Origin: Microgenomates group bacterium
GTDB lineage: Bacteria; Patescibacteriota; Microgenomatia; UBA1400; MFAQ01
NCBI GenBank assembly: GCA_049303575.1
Contig: JBAQNH010000002.1
Location: 316,541 to 380,540, forward strand
DNA: 64,000 nucleotides
Direction: 5' to 3'
Part shown: positions 57,932 through 64,000 of the stretch, one piece after another
How the letters are laid out: each line of letters starts with the position of its first letter
How positions within the stretch are numbered: position 1 is the first letter of the stretch
Notes under the pieces: model-generated
Databases searched by the model: none
The model's input: the letters and a program-made list of their open reading frames with translations, nothing else
What the model was told of the DNA's origin: nothing
Position numbers and translations under genes: made by a program

Positions 57932-58608
57932 ACCTTTTCTTCCGGAGCGTCATGACGAATTTCTACGGCAGTTCCGGGGAAAAAAGACATACTCTCTCTT
58001 GAAGACCAGTAATCTGCGTCTCGAACGGCAGACTCAATTTTAGTTGGATACATTGCTCTCGCCATTTCTTCAAGATTTTTATTCATTTCCTCTTTAGAAT
58101 ACGGTCTGTCTTCGTATGGGCTTACGGCGTAACACCATGGAGCCATATGAAAGCGCACCGCATTTAATATTTCTTCTTTTGCGGTTGCATCCGGTAGGTT
58201 AAATTTTTCCAACCACCTGGCCGCGATCAGTCCGTGAGTGTAATCTGTCTTTCCGGTCATCCATATCACACCATCTTTACAAGTGTCATGCAGCAAAAAA
58301 GCACTAATAGCCATATCCAACTCTCTTGAGGAAAATCTGGCTCTTCGAGCATACTGTTCAACCACGGCAACTCCCTTGATTACATGGCGTACCAAGCCGC
58401 CTTCTCCGTTATCTTCCGGTGGGTGATACTTTCCGGAAGAACTGGCCGGACTAGTCCAAAATTTTGAATCTACTTCCCCAAAGGCTTGATAGGTAAAGTT
58501 TTTAATATCCTCCGAAACAATTTTCTCAATCTCTTTTTGTATCAGTCTCACACTTTCAATCGTCTGTTCCGAAAATTCCGGATTGGTGATGTTTAAAATT
58601 TCTCTCAT
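57928..58608 (-). CDS. HD-domain hydrolase (YfbR-like?)
   Basis: The motif AFLLHDTCK (H..HD) is present. Confidence 0.45.
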   Translation of the reverse strand: MREILNITNPEFSEQTIESVRLIQKEIEKIVSEDIKNFTYQAFGEVDSKFWTSPASSSGKYHPPEDNGEGGLVRHVIKGVAVVEQYARRARFSSRELDMAISAFLLHDTCKDGVIWMTGKTDYTHGLIAARWLEKFNLPDATAKEEILNAVRFHMAPWCYAVSPYEDRPYSKEEMNKNLEEMARAMYPTKIESAVRDADYWSSRESMSFFPGTAVEIRHDAPEEKV

Positions 58609-58626
58609 ATCGAGAATATACCACAG

Positions 58627-59823
58627 CTACTCGTACCGAATAGCATCGATTGGGGAGAGGTTGGCTGCTTTTTTCGCCGGGGACACTCCAAAGAAAATTC
58701 CGATTGCGCTTGATACACCTATAGCCACCAGCACTGCTACTAAATTCAAAGCCACCGGGAACCATATCTGGACCAAAAGCACAATTCCAGCAGCCAAGAG
58801 TAATCCCATCACTCCTCCAAAAATCGACAACATTGTTGACTCGGTCAAAAACTGTAACATGATGTCTCTTTTTGTAGCTCCAATTGCTCTACGAATACCC
58901 ACTTCTCTGGTTCTTTCCGTCACCGTTGCATACATAATGTTCATAATTCCGATACCTCCAACCAGAAGAGAGATCGATCCAATTGCAACTAACACAATAT
59001 TAATAATTCCAAAAATCTGATCTACTGTCGACAAAATCTCTGACTGTTGTGAAACGGAAAATTCATCTTTGTCATATCTCTTCAACAAGATTTTCTCAGC
59101 CTCTTCCGAAACTGTCATCACTAAATCGTCAGAAGGCACTCCAAGATATATTGACCAGAAGGTTTTTTTGGGATTCAATGAGCCAAAAGTTGTGGTGTAG
59201 GGAACTAAGGCTGATCCGTCTTGTTCTCTATCACCAGTTTTATTTGCCACACCTACTACTTTTAAACGTAAACTCCCAATTCTAATAGTCTTTCCTATCG
59301 CGTCATTTACATTTGTAAATAATTCTTCTGCTTTGGTGTATCCCAGAACTGCTACTTTTGACTTTTTTCCTACCTCAGTTTTTCCCCAAAGTTCTCCCAC
59401 ATTGATTTTTGTATTTTGCAGTAAAAACATTTCTTCATTTACACCAGTAATGTATCCGGTTACCTCTTTATCTGCCGAGCTGATGGTAACTGATCTAAAA
59501 TACATAGGGACAACATATTTTAATCCGGGAATTTTTTGTAAATCACGTACGTCTTTTTCATCAAATTCCACCCCTCCAACCAACCCAGCACCCAAACCAC
59601 CGGATATTCCGGAACCTGGCATTATCATGATCAAATTCGCTCCCAGACCCTCAAACTGTTTTTCGATATAGTTTTTTAATCCCAGACCCAGAGCAATCAA
59701 AAGCACCACTGACAACACACCAATCATGATCCCCAAAGACGTTAATGCGGTTCTGATTTTATCTCTCCTAAAATCAGCAATGGCCGATTTTAGAAGTTGA
59801 TATATTCCAGATAGTCGTTTCAT
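58627..59823 (-). CDS. ABC transporter permease, FtsX/MacB-like
   Basis: It has an N-terminal TM, a large periplasmic domain and a C-terminal 3-TM FtsX domain. Confidence 0.7.
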   Translation of the reverse strand: MKRLSGIYQLLKSAIADFRRDKIRTALTSLGIMIGVLSVVLLIALGLGLKNYIEKQFEGLGANLIMIMPGSGISGGLGAGLVGGVEFDEKDVRDLQKIPGLKYVVPMYFRSVTISSADKEVTGYITGVNEEMFLLQNTKINVGELWGKTEVGKKSKVAVLGYTKAEELFTNVNDAIGKTIRIGSLRLKVVGVANKTGDREQDGSALVPYTTTFGSLNPKKTFWSIYLGVPSDDLVMTVSEEAEKILLKRYDKDEFSVSQQSEILSTVDQIFGIINIVLVAIGSISLLVGGIGIMNIMYATVTERTREVGIRRAIGATKRDIMLQFLTESTMLSIFGGVMGLLLAAGIVLLVQIWFPVALNLVAVLVAIGVSSAIGIFFGVSPAKKAANLSPIDAIRYE

Positions 59824-60515
59824 TTTTTATCCTCCACTATTTTTCCGTCCAAGACTTTTATTTGTCTATTTGTTCTGGCAGCGATATCCGGTTCGTGAGT
59901 GACAAGTAACACGGTTATTCCTTCTTTATTAAGATCTTCGAAAAGTTTTAGAATCTCGTTACCTGTTTTTGTGTCAAGATTTCCTGTTGGTTCATCCGCA
60001 AGAATTAATTGTGGATTCATAATTAGAGCTCTTGCAATGGCCACGCGTTGCTGCTGACCACCAGAAATTTTATTTGGATACGAATCCTTTTTTGACAATA
60101 TTCCAAATTTATCCAGCAAACTTAAAGCTCTTTTTTCCGGATCAAAATCAAGTTTGTCTCTGGAGTATGTCACCGGAAGCAATACGTTCTCCTTTATCGT
60201 TAACTTATTCAATAAATTAAATTGTTGAAAAACAAATCCTACGAACTGGTTACGTACTTTTGATGTTTGATCATCATCAAGTCTGGCGGTATCATTCCCG
60301 TTGATAATTACCTTTCCTCTTGAAGGTTTATCCAATAACCCAATGATATGCATTAAGGTCGATTTGCCTGATCCTGAAGGTCCTACAATTGCCGAATACT
60401 CACCTTTGTGAATCTCCAAATTTACTTCCGAAAGTGCAGAAAATATCGATTCATCGCCCATTACGTACTCCTTGGAGACGTTATTTAGACTGATTATAGA
60501 TGGTGTCTTTTTCAT
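59820..60515 (-). CDS. ABC transporter ATP-binding protein (MacB/LolD-type)
   Basis: Walker A (GPSGSGKSTL), signature (LSGGQQQRVAIARAL) and Walker B (ILADEPTGNLD) are present. Confidence 0.8.
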   Translation of the reverse strand: MKKTPSIISLNNVSKEYVMGDESIFSALSEVNLEIHKGEYSAIVGPSGSGKSTLMHIIGLLDKPSRGKVIINGNDTARLDDDQTSKVRNQFVGFVFQQFNLLNKLTIKENVLLPVTYSRDKLDFDPEKRALSLLDKFGILSKKDSYPNKISGGQQQRVAIARALIMNPQLILADEPTGNLDTKTGNEILKLFEDLNKEGITVLLVTHEPDIAARTNRQIKVLDGKIVEDKK

Positions 60516-61524
60516 TTAGTCCTTCTGTAATTATCACCATTCCCTCAACCGAATCGCCTGTTACAACTTCTTTCTGGGTCTTAACTCCATTAGTTACTAG
60601 AGTCACATAATATTTTCCGTCACTCTTTTTTAGAAATCCTTCCGGTACCACTAATACATTTTTAAATTCTCTTGTTATAAAACCAACGTCTCCGGTCATT
60701 CCTAACCGCACATTTTGGTTATTTTCTCCCATCTTTATATTCATTTTTATTTCATACACGGTTCCGGACTCGCCCTTCTTCGGGGTATAACTTATGCTTT
60801 TTATTTCCGCGGGAATTTCCATGTCGGAAAAAGAATCTAAACTAACGACACCCTGCATCCCTTGTTCAAACGACACCACTTCAGTTTGGTCTGCGGTTGC
60901 CGAGAAAATGATTGTCTTCGGATTTACCACTTCAAAGGTTGCCGTTGCGGGAGTAATATTTTGTCCGGCTACCGGTGCATCAATGTTGGTCACCACACCT
61001 TCAATTGGTGTCCACAAAGTTGCATATCTAAGAGCCAAGGACTGCGACTCCACCGAAAGAACGGAGTTGTTCAAATCAAACTGATATTTGTCCAAAGTCC
61101 TCTTTACGGTTGCCCTTGCTTCGTCGGTCATTCCGTCGGTCTGCCAGTCTTTGTTGTCAGCCTGTGCTTGTTCAAAATCCCATCGTGTTTTTGAATAAGT
61201 ATTGAGTAACTTACTCATGCTATTTTGCAGTTCTCGTTTATCCAAAGAGGCCAATGATTGATATTTCTTTACATAATCTCCCTCTTTAACCCCCACCCAA
61301 GTCAAAAGACCGGATGCTTGGAACCGAAGTTCCACTCTTTCCTCAGCGTCTATTTCACCCGAAAGACTCAGTTCTTCTACCAAATCCTGTTTCACTACTA
61401 CAAATGTTTTTGCCTCATTTTCTTTTGCCTTACTCTGCGTTATGTTCCACGTCACAAGACCACCAATCAAAAAACCGACTAAGAAAAGTAGCCAAAACCT
61501 CTTTACTATTTTTATAAATTTCAT
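60481..61524 (-). CDS. HlyD/MacA-family periplasmic adaptor subunit
   Basis: A signal-anchor is followed by coiled-coil and beta-barrel regions, operonic with the ABC ATPase and permease. Confidence 0.6.
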   Translation of the reverse strand: MKFIKIVKRFWLLFLVGFLIGGLVTWNITQSKAKENEAKTFVVVKQDLVEELSLSGEIDAEERVELRFQASGLLTWVGVKEGDYVKKYQSLASLDKRELQNSMSKLLNTYSKTRWDFEQAQADNKDWQTDGMTDEARATVKRTLDKYQFDLNNSVLSVESQSLALRYATLWTPIEGVVTNIDAPVAGQNITPATATFEVVNPKTIIFSATADQTEVVSFEQGMQGVVSLDSFSDMEIPAEIKSISYTPKKGESGTVYEIKMNIKMGENNQNVRLGMTGDVGFITREFKNVLVVPEGFLKKSDGKYYVTLVTNGVKTQKEVVTGDSVEGMVIITEGLNEKDTIYNQSK

Positions 61525-61610
61525 GTTTTATATATTTTTACCAACGAACAAACCAACCCAAAGATTATATACCTTCAGTATATCGTCATTTTAAGCTGTA
61601 AAATACAAGA

Positions 61611-62720
61611 ATGATATCCGAAACTCAGCTAAATCTAACTGATCTAAAACGCAGAATCGACAGCCTCCGAACAAAGATAAACCTCGACCAACTCAAAGAA
61701 GAAAAACAAAAACTCGAGTTTGAGTCTGGGGAACCATCCCTCTGGCAAGACGAAGACAACGCCAAAAAAGTTATGTCCAACCTGGCACAGATTAGGGACT
61801 TGATCGACTCCATCGAAGGATTAACCACAGAGTTAAAAAATCTCGAAGAACTCCTAGATCTGGCTACCAAAAGTAACGACGACTCTATGGATAGCGATAT
61901 TACAATTCTTAAAGAGACTCTGGAAAAACATCTCGAAAAAGTTGAGTTGGTTACCTATCTTTCCGGCAAGTACGACTCTTCGGAAGCCATCCTCACCATC
62001 AAAGCGGGCCAAGGGGGTACCGAAGCTATGGACTGGGCCGGTATGCTCTGTCGCATGTACACCAGATTTTTTGAAAAGCGAGGTTGGAGTTACGAAACCA
62101 TAGAGTACTCTCAAGGAGATGAAGCCGGTATCAAAACCGCCACCTACATGATTCATGCTCGCTTTGCTTTTGGTTTTCTCAAAAATGAAAAGGGGACTCA
62201 TCGCTTGGTTCGTCAATCACCTTTTAATGCCGATAAACTTCGTCAGACCTCTTTTGCTGGAGTCGAAGTCACTCCCATTCTTCCCGAAGACACCGATATC
62301 GTAATTCGTGACGAAGATATCGAGTTTGAAGCCAGTCGTTCCGGGGGAGCAGGTGGTCAAAATGTTAACAAAGTTAGTACCGCCGTGCGCATCAAACATC
62401 TTCCGACAGGCATCGTCGTTGAGTGTCAAACCCAACGCTACCAAGTTCAAAACAGAAAAATTGCCATGGACCTTCTTCGTTCCAAACTTTGGGATCTTCA
62501 GGAAGCCAAGCGTCAGGATGAAATCAATCAAATCCGTGGCGAAAAAACCACTGCTAGCTGGGGACACCAAATTCGCTCTTATGTTCTTCATCCATACAAA
62601 CTGGTCAAAGATCTTCGTACCGAATACGAATCTACCAATCCCGATGCCGTTCTTGACGGCAATTTAGATGATTTTATCGAGGCGGAATTAAAGTTCTTCG
62701 CTCCCTCCCGCCAAATTTGA
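61611..62720 (+). CDS. prfB: Peptide chain release factor 2 (no programmed frameshift needed)
   Basis: It has the SPF tripeptide motif ([11 protein letters not shown]) and the GGQ motif ([13 protein letters not shown]). Confidence 0.8.
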   Translation: MISETQLNLTDLKRRIDSLRTKINLDQLKEEKQKLEFESGEPSLWQDEDNAKKVMSNLAQIRDLIDSIEGLTTELKNLEELLDLATKSNDDSMDSDITILKETLEKHLEKVELVTYLSGKYDSSEAILTIKAGQGGTEAMDWAGMLCRMYTRFFEKRGWSYETIEYSQGDEAGIKTATYMIHARFAFGFLKNEKGTHRLVRQSPFNADKLRQTSFAGVEVTPILPEDTDIVIRDEDIEFEASRSGGAGGQNVNKVSTAVRIKHLPTGIVVECQTQRYQVQNRKIAMDLLRSKLWDLQEAKRQDEINQIRGEKTTASWGHQIRSYVLHPYKLVKDLRTEYESTNPDAVLDGNLDDFIEAELKFFAPSRQI

Positions 62721-62731
62721 TAAACTAAACC

Positions 62732-63277
62732 ATGGATATAAAAATGATTGATCTCGATAAAGGCCAAGGAGAAGCCCCTGTTATCAAGACAGAGTCTGCT
62801 CCACCAGCCTCATTTACTACTGAAACACAACCCAAAATGAAAAATAAATCTTTCCTTCCTGTCATTATTGTTTTTATTCTCGTTGCCATCGGTGGTTTTT
62901 ACTCCGGCGCCTGGCTCAAAGCCAAAAATTCCGGTACGATTGTCTCCGCCGAACTTTCCGGTATCCAGGCAGATATCCCTCAATCCGGTGTCAAAGTTGG
63001 TGACATCTTTGGCTCAGCAGATGAAAAAATCTTCAAAGATCCAGCTACGGGCGTCATTGACAAAGGTGGTTTCAATGGTGAAGGTACCCACAAACTTGTT
63101 CGTGCAGGTGGTATTTCTCAAACTGTCTATCTAACAAGTTCCACAATAGACCTCGACGCACTTGTTGGCCACCAAGTCACTATCTGGGGTGAAACATTCA
63201 AAGGCCAAAAAGTTGGCTGGCTAATGGATGTTGGTCGCGCCAAAGTTGAAGCTTTAAATGCTCCATTACCAAAATAA
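62732..63277 (+). CDS. Hypothetical signal-anchored protein (181 aa)
   Basis: It has an N-terminal TM (FLPVIIVFILVAIGGFYSG). Confidence 0.3.
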   Translation: MDIKMIDLDKGQGEAPVIKTESAPPASFTTETQPKMKNKSFLPVIIVFILVAIGGFYSGAWLKAKNSGTIVSAELSGIQADIPQSGVKVGDIFGSADEKIFKDPATGVIDKGGFNGEGTHKLVRAGGISQTVYLTSSTIDLDALVGHQVTIWGETFKGQKVGWLMDVGRAKVEALNAPLPK

Positions 63278-63286
63278 TTATTGCCC

Positions 63287-64000
63287 GTGATTGATTTTAT
63301 TCACGTCTCTAAGTCGTTTCCCAATGGGGACGTGGTTCTGGATGACATCGATTTTTCCATCTCACCCGGTGAATTTGTCATCATTACCGGTAAGTCCGGT
63401 GCCGGCAAAACCACCCTCGGTCGCTTGTTGATTCATGACTTAGTTCCCGATAAGGGGAAAATTATTGTCGAAGGCACGGATTTAAACAAAATAAAACCCA
63501 AGAGCATTCCCGTTTTACGAAGGAAAATCGGCTTTGCTTTCCAAGACTTTCGCGTCATTCCCGACAAAACTGTTGGTGAAAACATCACCGTTGCTCTCGA
63601 GATTGCTGGGTACGACCCCAAAAAAATATCTGAAAAAGTCAAACACACCCTAGATATGGTTGGCCTTTCGGGGAAAGAAAAACTTTTCCCCGGTCAGCTT
63701 TCCGGAGGTGAACTCCAGAGAGCTTCGATAGCCAGAGCCATCGCCGCCGAGCCCCCCATCCTTTTTGCCGACGAACCCACGGGCAATCTGGACAAAGAAA
63801 CTTCTCTAGAGATTTTTAAATTATTGCAAAAAATCAACTCCGACGGCACCACCGTTATTATTGCCACTCACGACGTTACTTTAATTAACTTAAACATTGG
63901 CAGCCACATCCATCTCGAAAAGGGTAAGATAGTAAAGATAGAGAAACGTTCGGAAGAAAAATCCGAAGAAAAAGAAGATAAAGAAGAAAAAAAGGAGGCT
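63287..64000 (+). CDS. ftsE: Cell division ATP-binding protein FtsE (start GTG/TTG; 3' end beyond window)
   Basis: The translation reads VIDFIHVSKSFPNGDVVL...GKSGAGKTTL...LSGGELQRASIARA...LFADEPTGNLD. It is not in the ORF track because it lacks an ATG start and has no stop before the window ends. Confidence 0.7.
   Translation, partial: MIDFIHVSKSFPNGDVVLDDIDFSISPGEFVIITGKSGAGKTTLGRLLIHDLVPDKGKIIVEGTDLNKIKPKSIPVLRRKIGFAFQDFRVIPDKTVGENITVALEIAGYDPKKISEKVKHTLDMVGLSGKEKLFPGQLSGGELQRASIARAIAAEPPILFADEPTGNLDKETSLEIFKLLQKINSDGTTVIIATHDVTLINLNIGSHIHLEKGKIVKIEKRSEEKSEEKEDKEEKKEA

Noticed and set aside
61611-62720. Looked for the programmed +1 frameshift site (CUU UGA C) typical of prfB
   Set aside because: The ORF is continuous from its Met and spans full RF2 length. 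No internal in-frame stop or split is seen, so this copy appears to need no frameshift.
1-64000. Searched for CRISPR arrays, rRNA genes, T-box or riboswitch leaders upstream of gltX, proS and serS
   Set aside because: No regularly spaced direct repeats occur. No rRNA-like conserved stretches are present. The synthetase genes have upstream gaps of only 10-25 bp, leaving no room for leader RNAs.

Overview
The window is a bacterial chromosomal segment with small, tightly packed genes and many small hypothetical membrane or secreted proteins. This resembles small-genome CPR/Patescibacteria-type bacteria, but taxonomy cannot be established from sequence alone.

Most of the window is housekeeping:
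- Translation and RNA processing: secF (3' end), CCA-adding enzyme, gltX, proS, serS, prfB, dtd, a TrmH/SpoU rRNA methyltransferase and NrnA.
- Stress response, proteolysis and protein export: Rel/SpoT, Lon, Lgt, SecA and canonical GreA.
- DNA repair and cell envelope: RarA, Nfo, Ogt and two S11 D-Ala-D-Ala carboxypeptidases.
- Transport and other: a MacAB-like ABC efflux trio, ftsE (5' end at the window edge), a ZIP transporter, a cyclophilin PPIase, a PQQ sugar dehydrogenase and several NUDIX, HD and SAM-methyltransferase proteins.

Two tRNA genes were found by manual cloverleaf folding. tRNA-Gln(CUG) lies at 20306..20378 on the minus strand. tRNA-Glu(CUC) lies at 46769..46842 on the minus strand.

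A small variable region (about 16.6 to 21.1 kb) holds an IS481-type insertion sequence with terminal inverted repeats, three NUDIX genes, a C39-like peptidase-domain protein and a free-standing LAGLIDADG homing endonuclease directly upstream of tRNA-Gln.

The most unusual part is a roughly 12-kb accessory island at about 34.9 to 46.9 kb. It sits between a divergent GreA-like paralog and canonical greA. It ends at tRNA-Glu, with a large serine recombinase whose ORF reads antisense through the tRNA.

The island carries a family of modular structured repeats. Two long copies (about 290 to 370 nt) are in direct orientation and differ by compensatory stem changes around UUCG and UGCG tetraloops. 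Shorter inverted copies share a precise terminus, ...ttataacacctcaca. Joined head to head, two such termini would make a perfect palindrome. Two copies of that terminus flank a single small gene. An 80-bp inverted copy of the tRNA-Glu trailer flanks the recombinase gene.

Island cargo includes:
- an RloC/AAA_13-like Rad50-type ATPase with a CxxC hook;
- an HNH endonuclease;
- a 576-aa protein with two HExxH motifs;
- several small membrane or secreted proteins.

I read this as a possibly undescribed repeat-punctuated cassette array driven by a serine recombinase. Alternatively, the repeats may be a novel structured ncRNA family.
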